A stretch of 35,831 bases of DNA from Octopus bimaculoides. Taxonomy: Eukaryota. A program made the translations under genes and the position numbers. The DNA lies in assembly GCF_001194135.2 (NCBI RefSeq), contig NC_068981.1, positions 18,481,831 through 18,517,661 on the forward strand, given 5' to 3'. Below are positions 10,040-22,109 of the stretch, in pieces; the stretch's first letter is position 1, and the number at the start of each line of letters is the position of its first letter. Under the pieces are notes generated by a model. The model worked only from the letters and a program-made list of their open reading frames with translations. It searched no databases and was not told the origin of the DNA.

Positions 10040-10850
10040 GTAGAGCAGATTAAGAAACTTTAATGAAATTTCAGTTAACAATCTCACAATACATATTGCC
10101 GGTGTGGTGGGGGTATGTTTTTTTTCAACACTTCAGATAAAAATGGCGCGTTTAAAACTACATTCATGTCAGACCTACCTTTATGTTTGTTCTTCATGTC
10201 TATAAGAAACAGAGTTAAATTCCTTTACTTTTCTGTCTCAATAACAGAAGCATCTGTTTTCGTTGCTAATACTTTCCTCTTCCCTTCAAATTACTATGCC
10301 TTCACACCCATTCAAGTTTGTACACATCAAATAGATTACCGATTTTTATCAGTACATCAGGCATATCGGTTTCCACAAACATCTTAAAGATGTTGCATAA
10401 CTGTTTATTAAGCAACCGTCTCACTGTTTTACTTTGGTTTCACCAACATTGCAAATATCCATTTATGTTTAATTAATATCGGTAAATTGTTAAAGCCAAT
10501 ATCCATTTACTCCATTCTTAAAACCAGCGTGTTAGTAAATCTAAAGATTAATTTCACCAACTCAAAGACTTTAACAAATGGAAACAATATGAGTAAAGAT
10601 TTAAATGACAGCTGCTGAACTTCCAGGATTACTGCTTTTCTCTTTTGGCTTGTCAGAAAGTCTAAGTAACGAATCTTCTAAAATTTGATAGCTCTGTTGC
10701 CAAAATGGATTTTAGAATTGATGAGCATATAAAATTCATCAATTTGTTTGCTTCTCATTTTTCTTCTGTGCATTTATCTTCAGATCATATGTTCTCAACC
10801 TCTGTGGGGAGGTCACCTCTTGCAAGCATCTTATAATGCGTCTGCTGTAG
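10040..10850 (-). mobile_element. Highly decayed Penelope-like element 3' half (RT thumb to GIY-YIG)
   Basis: Scattered motifs across frames: SEDKCTEEK, ILKSIL, VGETKVK, RKVKE-like. There are many stops and the alignment is from memory only. Confidence 0.4.
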
Positions 10851-11425
10851 ATAAAAGTAAGGATTAGTACAAAATTAGGTTAGGTAGAGAATAGGGCAAA
10901 GTCAGCGTTATGGAGAGGATACATAGTAGGTTTTGATAGTGTTAAAGTTTAAAGATATAGTTAGGGGTAGTTGATTTAGTTTAGATAGAGAGAAGGGCGG
11001 AGTTAGCGTTACGGAGAGATTATAGGTCAAGAATAAGGTTAGAATTTAAAGATAGTGATGGAATTGGTGTTAGGGTTTGGTAGTATTAAGATAAAGGTTA
11101 GGATTAATGATTGAGGTCGTGCTCATGTTTAGAGTTGGGCCTAAGATTTGTGCGTGTAAAGAAAATTTGTACAAAGGTGTTTGAAGTTCAGGGAAAATAT
11201 TTTTCAATGTGGAGTACGAGGGTAAAATGTTAGGGATGAAGAGAGGAGGGAATATAAATGTAGTTAGTCAGATTAAACAGGAGTAGTATATATTTTTCAT
11301 GCTTGATACTTATATCGGTATCTTTTGCCAGACTACTAAGTAAACAAGCCAACGCCTGTTGTCAAGCGGGGACAGAGACAAACGCAAAAACATACATAAA
11401 CATATGCACACACACACATGCATGA

Positions 11426-11472
<47 letters not shown>

Positions 11473-11486
11473 TACACACACACGCA

Positions 11487-11554
<68 letters not shown>

Positions 11555-11557
<3 letters not shown>

Positions 11558-12640
11558 GGTTGCAGTGCGGTTAAGAAGTTCGCTTCGTGACCCTGTGCTT
11601 TAGGGGTTCACTTTTACAGAACAATACTTTAGGCCAGTGTCTTCTAAGATAGCTTCGGGTTGTTCAAAGTCCTAAACTGATTGGATCTTTGGGGTTTGAC
11701 GGGCAACATTTTTTTTGTAGTGTTTTTGGTACCGAAACACTTTCAAACTTCGAATATTTGTATATTTTGTGGTATAGAACAGATAAAAAATGTTGTATTC
11801 GAAGTTATTTTATGTAAAAAATTGTCGTATTTCGGTAATTTCAACCAATCACTGACGTCTATTGAGGTGAAAACAAGTAATGCCGTAACGGTGTCATGGG
11901 ATCTTTTCCCTTGAATAAAATTAGTCCCGTTGTTTGTCAACAACAACTACCCGTGTTACTCTTATTTATGACATCGTTCGAGTGTTTGTACTGGTTTTAG
12001 CTTTAGGGTTTTAGGGTTAGGGTTAGGGTTTTAGAGTTATGGATAGTTTTAGGATTACGGTTAGGGGTATGATTATTTTTGCCATAACCTTAACTCTAAC
12101 CCTAACCCTAACCCTAACCCCAGCCCTAACCCTAAAACCCAAACCCTAACCCTAAAACCCGAACCCTAACCCTAAAACCCTAAACCCTTACTAGGGAATA
12201 ATGATATAACTAAACAGGGAATAACACACTTGACACCGAACAGCACTAACTGTATTCAGCTGAATAGACGTCAGTGATTGGTTGAAATTACAGAAATACG
12301 ACAACTTTAACATGAAATAACTTGCGATGTACAATTTTTTTGTTAAGAAGGTTAAGAGAAGAAGTTGTTTTATATGACACATTCTACCAGTGTCCCAAGT
12401 TTGAAAGTGTTTCGTTAAGAAAACAAATGTTGCCCGTCAAACCCCAAAGATCCAACTGATTTGATAGACATAAACTGAAAGAAGCTTGTCGTGTGTGTGT
12501 GTGAGTGTGTGAGTCAATGAATGTGTATATATATGTGTGTATGTGCGTGCACGCACACGTGTCTACATCCGTGTGTTTGTTGTTTACATTCTCCGAAAGT
12601 CGCCCGGCTGCAGATGAATGTCATTTATTTTCCATGACGC
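11555..12640 (+). mobile_element. Diverged SINE family A copy split by a MITE
   Basis: CAAAGTCCT-AACTGATT|...|TGATAGACATAAACTGAAAGAAGC rejoins into the family A central motif once 11683-12461 is removed. Confidence 0.7.
11683..12453. mobile_element. Non-autonomous DNA transposon (MITE) with an 8-bp TSD and a telomere-repeat core, copy 1
   Basis: Perfect 29-bp TIR GGATCTTTGGGGTTTGACGGGCAACATTT. The TSD AACTGATT is at 11675-11682 and 12454-12461. There is an inverted subterminal block (TTTCAACCAATCACTGACGTCTATT) and internal (TTAGGG)n then (CCCTAA)n. Confidence 0.9.
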
Positions 12641-13699
12641 TGCACCTTCAAAGACATGTGGTATAAGATACCCCTCACTTGAAGAACATGTTAGTATTAG
12701 CTAAATCATTTGCACAATGATATATTCAGATAAGCCATGCAATCATGGAAAAACGGACGTAAAACAAACACATATATGAGTCGACATATGGACATCTACC
12801 CCCTTTGCCATTCATGTATACACGAAATAATAAACAAACTATCTCATAGCACCTTGGAGTTTGAAGAAGTAGATGTAGCAAGCTTTGCTTGTTCGAGAGG
12901 AGAACAATTCTAAAACATTCACACAATCCTGGTGTCTTCCTGAACTATAAAAGACGAAATTTGTAGTCGCTATCCTCATGATAGAAATAGAAATCAAAAT
13001 CTATTCTACTATTTTTACAAAGTAAAGGCACGCTGGATAATATGATGTTAGACACATTATGTTTGAATAAAACATGAAATGAGATCGGCTGGCTTGCCTT
13101 CTATCATAAATCTGCTGGACCATTGTCTGGTACTGCGCCGAACAACTAACTACTGTACAAAGTGAAATCTATGAAGACACAATAAATCGTTACTTGTTAG
13201 TCAATGATGAGGAGAGAAAAAAATGTTTACAATATTGAAATGTGATGAAAATGAAACAGCATCACGTAGAATTGTGTTTGATTCATTTCTATTTAACTGC
13301 AGAAGGAATATTAATTCCTCAACAGTTATTTTCTTTTGTCAAATTCCGCCTGAAGGAACGCAACAGCATTTGGTGATTGAAATAGCAGGTTTCAGATAGC
13401 ACTGTCGTCTGCCGAGAGCTTCTATTAAGCATTAGCTGCGTCCATTGAGATGTATTTATAGTGTAAAGAGAGAAATGGTAACTTAAGGTTTCAGCAGCTA
13501 CTTCTTAGAATGCCTGAAGGGTATAAGATGAGTAAGTGTGAAAACTGCTTCATGCATTTTGTGTAGGTGAGGGACATATCCCATAGCTATTGTATATGTA
13601 GTTGGTTGTTAACACATTGAGATAACTTAACAACAAAGAAGTATGTCTATGGCCATTCGACCTTCTGTTATTCTATTCACATCAGAATGCTTTATGGGA

Positions 13700-13810
13700 A
13701 ATATTCAATCAATCCCAGCACTTAACTGATAATTTATTTTATCGACCCTGGAAGGATGAAAGGAAGAAATTAACCTTAGTTAGATTTGAACTCAGAATGT
13801 AAACCGTTGT
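13700..13810 (-). mobile_element. Diverged SINE family B core
   Basis: TTTATCGACCCTGGAAGGATGAAAGG...GATTTGAACTCAGAATGTAAA. Confidence 0.75.
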
Positions 13811-14039
13811 AATATTTACCACGAGACATATTTTCTGATGTTCTGATGTTTCTGATATTTTCTTCTGAAATAGTAGTTAAATCTCCCTCGAATATACCCA
13901 ACCAACTAAAAAAAACAACAAAAAAAACGATTATCTTGTATTACGTGTTTGTAAGTAAATTGAGGACTGCTTAATGAAGACTAAACTAGGGCAAAAACAT
14001 AATAATAGCCACGTGGAGGTCGTATAGGTGGGATACGTA

Positions 14040-14390
14040 GTGATAGAGTTAGTATATAGTATTAGGTATATTACTGATGGAAGATATACTATATAGAACT
14101 GTATAGATGATTGATATGCTACATGTTATTGTAGATGGTAGATAAACCTAATGGGTTTTTTTATAACTGGCTGGTGTATATGTCACATAGATATGGAGAG
14201 AATGGTAGATATATACGAAATGGATAACGCATAGATGGCGTATGTACCGCATGGATATCGTAAAGAACCAGTATATAGCTGGTTTGGTTGGTGTATAGTT
14301 AAAATCAAGAAATAGTACTGGAGATAGCTGTAATATACCACAAGAGTATTGTATATATGACGGCAAATCTATGTTATAAGCCAAGTTCAG
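14040..14390. repeat. Degenerate short-period tandem repeat rich in GATAT/TATAG/TGG
   Basis: Recurring TAGATATA/GGATAT/TATAG units, similar in composition to 19880-20250. No exact period was determined. Confidence 0.55.
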
Positions 14391-14404
14391 ATAGCATCGA
14401 AATC

Positions 14405-15360
14405 AGTTATCGTTTGCTATCAACACGCAGAATACCATGTCACTATCTCAGTCTTTCTTGAGCTGTGTTTTTTTTATACATTCATTTTAAGTCTGTCCAA
14501 TTCCTGATATTATCCATCCACGTAATTTTTGATTTTCTTCTTCCTCTTTTTTTACTATTCACTTTACCTTCTATTAACAGTCTGTAAATCATTTTCCTAA
14601 TTAAGTGTTTAAAATATTTTCCCTCGTTGATTATGAAAAAATTCCAAGTTTATTTTTTTTTGTTTATTCTTAATACTTTATCGCTGGTTTTTACATTCTG
14701 TCCACGATATTCTCAAAAGTCTTCTACATCTCAAAGGTTTCCAAACTATTTGATAATGGTTTTGTTAATGCTCACGTTTTTGATTTATATAATAGAGCGG
14801 GATGTATAAAAAAAAATTAATAAGAATTTTCTGTTTTCGCTATTAATATTTCTTGAATATAATGTGTTTGATATTCTTTCAAACTACTTTTTCGCTTTCT
14901 AACTATCTTAATCCTTCTTTTAATCTCTCCTTTAGATTTCTCGTTTTCTGATTCCATAAATCCCAGGTATGTTATTATCTTCAGTGTCTGTTCAATTGGC
15001 TTTCTCTCAATTGCAATATTTATTTTAGGCAACTGTTGTTTCTTGCTGATTACACTTGATTGTATTTTCTTTACATTTAGTTCCATTCCATTGGGCATTT
15101 CTTTGTCATTTACTGAGGTTACAAGGTTCTGTAGGTAATCTCTGTTGAAAGTTAATGAGGTACTATCATCTGCGAATTCGAAGTTGTTGATGTTCATATG
15201 TCATATTGAAATTCCTAGCATGTCTTCCATTTCTTTGGAGGTTTTCTAAGTGTTTAAGTTAAATAGGCTAATAGGCTACAGGATAGTACACAACCATGTT
15301 TGAATCTTAATTTCATTTCTTAATTTTAAATTCTGAAGTGTTCCTCTCTTGACTACATCT
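14405..15360 (-). mobile_element. RTE-clade LINE 3' fragment (RT domains to C-terminus), decayed
   Basis: HGCTIL.P.SLFNL...EMEDMLGISI.HMNINNFEFADD...GMELNVKK...YLG...EIKRRI..., then RRLLRISWT...LLIEGKVN..RGRR..TWMDNIRNWT. Confidence 0.88.
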
Positions 15361-15899
15361 GCGGTATGATAGGGTACAAAAGTACTACATCTCACGAACA
15401 AATACCACTTACTCCAAATGTAAAAAAGGCTTTTCGTTCAAACAATTTCTCCGACTTTCACCATGTATCCATAAGGTCCCTTATGTTTCTACACAACAAC
15501 GAAGACTGCTTCCATACACGGAGAAAGACAGCAGCAACGACAATATACAGAATATGTGAAGTAAACATTAAAACGTTAGGAACGACAATAGCGTTGTTTC
15601 ATCTGTGTAATGTCAAATGAAAGGAATAGCAATAGTTCAAGTGAGAAGGTAGAATATCTGTTGGAAACTTAAATAGAATTTATTGATTAACGATATTTGA
15701 ATTGAGAAGAATGTCAATAATCATCTGTTATACTTTGATCATCTAATCTCACGTCCACTTGTGCTTGCAGGTGGATTTTCCTGGTTAGGAAGAATTTCGG
15801 TCAACTTAAAGGAATCTCGTCCTTTCTCAGTTGTTTCTTCGTATTGCAAACTTTCTATTATGGTTTCTGTTCTGTTGACGTGAAGTTCGGTATAATATC

Positions 15900-16520
15900 T
15901 GTGATGGAGAGAATTATTCCATCAGTTATTGGCGTATATGGAACGAAATAACGAGATGAAACTATCTGTTTCACCGTTTTAACAACAACAAACTTCCCCT
16001 GAGCGATGAAAAGTGGAACGGCTCTTGGGAGGTGACTGCAGATTTACCAGGATGCCAGGAACTCTTTCCCATCCCAGTTACGAAAAAAACGAGAAATTTT
16101 AATGTGGGGTGAAGGAAAGAAAGTTGTGAATCTAGTCGAGTTAAGGGTTGCTCATGAAGATAACATGGACGCCGCTTGGGCTCGAAAGATTGACCGTTAT
16201 GTAAACCTCCTCGAGGAATGTGAAAACGCAGCCTGGAAAGCGGAGCATTTTCCAATCGAAGTTGGATGTAGAGGATTTGTAGGACACAGTGTGAGACGAC
16301 TGCTGTTATCGTTAGGCATAACTCATCGTAAGGTAAATACCACCATGAGTGATATGCAAAATACAGTGGAGAAGGCTAACAACTGGATTTGGTTGAAAAG
16401 AGACGATGAGCGATGGCTAGAAGAATACTGAGCTTTATTTAATAACCAGTTGATCTAGCAAGCAGGGCCTCATATCAGTGATGGGGGTCGGTGCGCATTG
16501 ATGCCGTCGAGAGGTAGGCC
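15900..16520 (+). mobile_element. HERO-like non-LTR retrotransposon 3' end (restriction-like endonuclease)
   Basis: WEVTADLP...FPIPVT, a frameshift at an A run, then LMWGEGKKVVNLVELRVAHEDNMDAAWARKIDRY..L.EEC...WKAEHFPIEVGCRGF...WIWLKR (ORF 16102-16431). The IEVGCRGF and W.W.KR motifs match HERO-type RLE as I recall it. Confidence 0.8.
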
Positions 16521-17280
16521 TCGAAAATAATAGATTACTACTTGAGTTTGGGTCCTCTTTCCGTATTTGTCACAAAACATTGCCATCTGTAAGTAGTCCT
16601 GCTTTCTGGAGTAATACTGTTCGAGGGGCCGTCTTGATAGATTTGTGAAAGGCTTTAGTTTTGAAATATTTATTCCAGAAAATAGCTCATATGATGTACT
16701 TTTCAAAGTAGACAAGGACATGTATAAAGTTTTATGTTTATTGGAGTATTAGATCCTTTCCGATAATGAGTTGGGGAACGAGAGAATGGACAAAAGGAAA
16801 TTTTACGTTTCAGTGAATTTTAGTGTAGAGTTTAATAATAGTATCGTGTCATTCGAACTACAACGTTCTGACGTATTTGCGAGAGTAATAGTTTTATGAG
16901 TAGCATTATTGCATTAGCTATTGCTGTCATCCAGAATGTTTTTTCAATGAAGGTGTTATCTGAACCCGTATCAATTAATACTTTGACCATTTAGTTATTG
17001 ATAGAAGCATCAATTCAATGGCTTCCTTCAGGTACAGATGCATGAGTACTTGACAGCATGGTGTCCTTTCCACTATTCTCTTGGCATGCGGACGGTAATG
17101 GTCGATCATAAAATGTGTGTACGCTTAGCTTTCAAGAGTTCCTTGCTTCAACAGAGCATCGCCAATTTTCGGTTGCTGTCGCTTTGCAGAGCTCTTCGAT
17201 AGAACGGCAACGGCTATTACCACAGAGAGCCTTGTTTTGCCAGCACTCATTTCAACAATGTTTCCAACACCTCTCTACAT
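16520..17280 (-). mobile_element. Decayed Gypsy-type LTR retrotransposon protease/early RT remnant
   Basis: Aspartic protease motif VKVLIDTGSDNTFI at about 16960-17000, a degenerate Zn-knuckle-like segment upstream, and FTNLS... and W..FVT...VIYY resembling the start of the Gypsy RT downstream. Confidence 0.6.
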
Positions 17281-17940
17281 AAAGACTCTCTCCACACACC
17301 TCAACTGACCATCACTGGCTCTTATCTCACAGAGACTCTTGACAGAACAACAAGGGTAATGGCCTTCGACACACAGACACCTTCACTTCACAGTTTCCAG
17401 ATCAAAAGGCTGAGTGTTTGAATCGTATCGCGGTCAGCTATTGTGGGGAATAATATTTCACAAGTAGTGTAGACATTGCCAAGTTTTGGTGGGTAGAGTA
17501 ATTAAAAAATATACAACAGCAATGAAATAGCAATAAAACAGTAACGAGATAGCACCGTGTTCTTCTAACAGTAGTTACGATACAGCTTTGAAAATGGATA
17601 ACAACTCAAGCTAAGAAAAATACGTTTTACAGAAATATGTTTGTAAAGTCAGTAAGGTAATTTATGTGTTATAGAAAAAGTATTATCGATGACTGTTTAT
17701 GAACCAAAGTTTTTCTTTGAGAGTGTCATACTGGTTAGAACGAATAAGTTAGTAATATGATGAAAAAGGCAACAGAAAATAAGCGATTTTTTTACGAGAA
17801 CTGCAGAAAATGAGATATTACAAACTATTATTTTTTCAGTTTAAACGTGTCTAATATTTTAGACGAGAAGAGAGAGAAAAAAAATTCCGTACGAAGAAGA
17901 ATACATCGGTTCCCGTGATACTCATAAACTGACCAAAGAA

Positions 17941-18450
17941 TGTTTTGCTCGTTATTGCACTTGAAGCTGAAAATGGCTTGTGGTTATTAAAGCTGTTACA
18001 TCACATAAAAATGGTTCAATATTTAGTATTGCTGTTTTTATTATGTTCTGCTTAGAAAGAGAGAGAGGTAAGTGACGGTGTACGAAACTTTCCGAGAGGG
18101 GCATTTGTAAAGCAAGAGCTGTTGTCGTTCTGTCTAAGCGAGAATCTGTGAGACTAGAACCACCGAGAAGAGGTGATCTTTTTTCCGAGTGAGTCAAAGA
18201 GTTTTGTGGGGTGAGAACCATCAAAGCAGGGTCTCCCAGTGTCAGTAATCATTGTCAGTCTGTTGAAGGGTTATGTCAGGCAAGAGCTGATGATGTTCTG
18301 TCGAAGGGCCCTGCGTAGAGAGAGAGAGCTGGTGACGTTCTGTTGAGCTGAGAGAATGTGGTAAGCTAACTATGCTCTTTCCTTTATAATAGTATAATTA
18401 ATTGATTCCCGCCTTGTATAGTTCGTTGTTTGACCAGTTTATTCTTGAAT
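17941..18450 (-). mobile_element. Possible LTR-like sequence
   Basis: On the minus strand there is a TATAAAG, a CT-rich R-like segment, an AATAAA and a terminal ...AAACA. No TSD or partner LTR was found. Confidence 0.3.
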
Positions 18451-19084
18451 AATCATGAATGCTGTCGCATATAAAGAATTCACTGGTTCAATCTGAACGA
18501 TGGCTTGTCAGTAGCAACCAAAGTTTTCAGAAGAACGTTAAGTTTTGTGGCAGATCAGTTTCGAAGGAATGCTGTTTACAACCAAGGTCTATTAAAAATG
18601 AATGCTGTCGCTCCCGTTGCTTTCCACAGAATAGTTTTCTTTAAAATTTTAAAGACTGTCAGCAACTGAACGTTAATGTGAATGAAAGAATGAAAATTAA
18701 ACCGTTATAAATCAAATCCTTGAAAAGGTCACGTGCATTGTTCTTCCTGCTCTTAGCCATTAAGAATAAATGCCAACATAGATTAAATTATTGGTACGTT
18801 ATTAGTCTTTCGTTTCACTGGTATAAAATACAATAGGGTATATCTATAGATTTATTAGCCAACACTATGTGCTGTGATGATTGTAAAGAATACGTCTGTG
18901 CAATATATTCATGCCTGTCGACATTTGTAACAAGAACAGAAACTTTCGTACGACTTTTCTCTCTTTCTCCCCCAAGATGTATTGTTTACAATCGTCGTAA
19001 CACATAGTGTCGGTTAATAAGTCCGTCCTATAGTGCACTACAAGGCATTGGTCAGCCTTAGGAAATTGTAGGAAGCACAAAAAG

Positions 19085-19457
19085 CATTTCTACTAAAGGT
19101 ACAAGGCCTGAAATTTTTTGGGAAGGAACTAGTCGATAACAATCGACTCCAGTATTTCATTGGTACTTATTTTATCGACTCCGAAAGGATGAAAGGCAAA
19201 GTCAACCTCGGCGAAATTTCAACTCAGAACGTAAAGACAGATGAAATACCACTCAGCATTTCGTCTAGCGTGCTAACGATTCTTATTTCTTTATTGCCCA
19301 CAAGAGGCTAAACATAGAGGCGACAAACAAGGACAGACAAAGGGATTAAGTCGATTGCATCGAACCCAGTGCGTAACTGGTACTTAATTTATCGACCCCG
19401 AAAGGATGAAAGGCAAAGTCAACCCGGCGTGTTAACGATTCTGCCAGCTCGCCGCCT
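19085..19457 (-). mobile_element. Two adjacent SINE family B copies; the second is internally deleted
   Basis: Cores at about 19160 and about 19380. The second joins AAAGTCAACC directly to CGGCGTGTTAACG, a deletion at the CGGCG microhomology. Confidence 0.9.
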
Positions 19458-19879
19458 TGGCACGTGCCAAAAATGTCAAGACGATGACCGAACCCGAAAC
19501 CACGTGACTCTGAAGAGAACTTCTTAATCATGCGATCATGTCTGCACTTACACCAGAAAAAAAAAAGAAAAAAATGAATTAATAAAAAGACAGGATGGTC
19601 ACGATCAGAATACCTAGTTCATAAGCTTGCTCGATCAAGAGACACGTGGCAACTATACAACAGCAGCAACAACAACAACAACAACAACAACGATTAATGG
19701 TAACCAACAACACAACGAAGTTCTCTTGAATAGTTCAGATAGCAATACAGCGAAACGCTGTTAACACACCGGTAACTTAATGCTTTAGCTGGCTGCCAAC
19801 AGCGCGAAACTACATTTTCCTCTTTTTTCTGTCCTTTAATATATTGCATAGACGTAGAGCTTACGATCATCGGATAATA

Positions 19880-20250
19880 AATCTGTAGATATGTTCTAAA
19901 ATACATAATAGCACATAGATACATGGCTGTCGTATCTATTATGTATATGTGGCATATTCACATAGATATGTTAGATATGCCATATATTGTATAGATGGTG
20001 GATATAGATATTGGATATGCCACATTGATATTGCATAGATACTAGATATACCATATAAACATAATATATAGATGCTGCATATTGTACAGACGATGGGTAT
20101 AACATGGATATTGTACAGATGATGGATAAAAGAACGGATACGCCATGTCAATATTGAATATATGCTGGATATTGTGTAGATAGTAGATATAACACATAGA
20201 CATTGTATGGAAGGTGTATATACTATATGGATATTGTGTAGACCATAGAA
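19880..20250. repeat. Degenerate minisatellite (GGATATTGT..AGAT-like units)
   Basis: Repeated ATGGATATTGTACAGAT / CTGGATATTGTGTAGAT / ATGGATATTGTGTAGAC units. Confidence 0.75.
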
Positions 20251-20264
20251 AGTGCCATATTTAT

Positions 20265-20316
20265 TCACCAAATCAAGTCTCAATGGTTTTCTGACTGTAG
20301 AGACTTGATCTGGTGA
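20265..20316 (+). ncRNA. Candidate pre-miRNA-like hairpin
   Basis: TCACCAAATCAAGTCTC pairs with GAGACTTGATCTGGTGA (16 of 17), extended by ATGGTT/GACTGT through G-U pairs around a 4-nt loop. Confidence 0.35.
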
Positions 20317-20924
20317 TTTCTTTATATTTCAAAGGCTTTTATTTTGCATTTTTCACTTTGTTGGAGTCGTTAAATATTTACGTACCTGTTATATATTGAG
20401 GATATATGTAAAAAAAAAAGGGAGGGGGGGGAGAAGAAAATAATGATTCTGACGCTGATAAAACTGTTTATGTTATTGTTAGCCAAGTGAGAGAGTGTTA
20501 AACATCAATAAAGGTGTAGAAAGAGAAACTTTGAAGAATATTATGAAACTCAGACCGACGACTTACCCTCAGCACCTGATCTCACTCGAGAATTGGCAGC
20601 AAATCTACAATGCTATTTGTATATTGGCTGAAAAAAAAAAAGAAAGAAAGGAAGAAAGAAAGAAAGAAAGCTTCTAATGGGACTCCACAAAAGAATTAAA
20701 TGTCTTTTTTTTTCTTACTAGAAATCAAACCTCATGAAACTGTATCTGCTAAATATTGAAACATCGAAAATGTGAAACAGAAAACATGGTTAGGATTATC
20801 TTCAATAATTGAGTGGCACTTTCGCCTTTTTACTATTTTAACCTTCAGTTTAAATCCAATGTATATTTTGTAGAGGTTTTTTCTTTAAATTCGGTAACTA
20901 CACAAGCAATCAAACATACATACA

Positions 20925-20966
20925 TGCATACAAATATTACACTCACACATTATATACATATGCATG

Positions 20967-21064
<98 letters not shown>

Positions 21065-21132
21065 NNNNNNNNNNNNNNNNNNNNNNNNNNNNNNNNNNNN
21101 NNNNNNNNNNNNNNNNNNNNNNNNNNNNNNNN

Positions 21133-21196
<64 letters not shown>

Positions 21197-21222
21197 GCAT
21201 ATACATATATATATGGATACAT

Positions 21223-21254
<32 letters not shown>

Positions 21255-21460
21255 GCATATATATAAATATATGTGTATGTGTATATATAAATATATGCAT
21301 TTAGGTGTGTATGAATGTATTTATGAATGCATGAATTTATATATATGTATAAATGTATGTATGTATGTATGCATGTATGCATGTATACATACATATACAC
21401 ATACATAATGCATATATGCATATGCATCCATACATACATACATACATACGTATGTAAATT
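20925..21460. repeat. Compound (CA)n/(TA)n/(TATG)n microsatellite spanning an assembly gap (N 21065-21132)
   Basis: Read directly from the sequence. Confidence 0.95.
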
Positions 21461-21756
21461 GCTCTATCTTAAAACTTCCTGATATTTTTGGCAGGTTTAT
21501 GGTCATTTCAAGTCAGATTACTTCCTCACCCTCTCACCTATCTATAATTTGATTCTTGGATCATGAAGTGGAATAATAGTAGAATCAAAATGGCAGCAAA
21601 CCGTGAAAGGTTTAGAGGTTCCCAGTTAGAGAACAGGTGCCGTCCAAACTCATTTGATGTAGGCGAGGCCTAAGCCTAAACCAACGATGCTGTAATTTCT
21701 CTGGTAATCCTAGGGAATTTGGTGCAGGTAAAAGCGTATATTTTCATCTTTTATAA

Positions 21757-22102
21757 TTTACTTGTTTCAATCATTTGACTGCGGCCATGCTGGGGCGTCA
21801 CCTTGAAGGGTTTTGCTTAAAGAAATTGACCCCATTACTTATTATTATTATTTTTGTAAGGCCTGGTACTTATTTAATCGTTCTTTTTGCGGTACTGCTA
21901 AGTTACAGGGACATAATCACACCAATTTCGGTTGTCAAGCGGTGATGAGAAACAGGCACAGGACACACGCGCGCACGCACACACACACACATACATACAA
22001 CAGGCTTCTCCCAGTTTCCGTCCACCAAATCTACTCACACGGCTATGGTGAACCTGAGGCTATAGTAAGACACATGCCCAAGTGCCGCGCATGGGACTGA
22101 AC
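21757..22102 (-). mobile_element. Diverged, 5'-truncated SINE family A
   Basis: CTTGTTTCAATCATTTGACTGCGGCCATGCTGG...CCAGTTTCCGTCCACCAAATCTACTCAC...GGGACTGAACC. Confidence 0.8.
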
Positions 22103-22109
22103 CTTTGTA

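Noticed and set aside
12000-12195. Head-to-head TTAGGG/CCCTAA tracts suggesting a telomere fusion site
   Set aside because: They lie inside a TIR- and TSD-bounded element that has a second copy at 25185, so they are element cargo rather than a chromosome fusion scar.
21495-21674. 59-codon open frame after a possible acceptor
   Set aside because: The length is within chance expectation for a window of this size and there is no recognisable motif.
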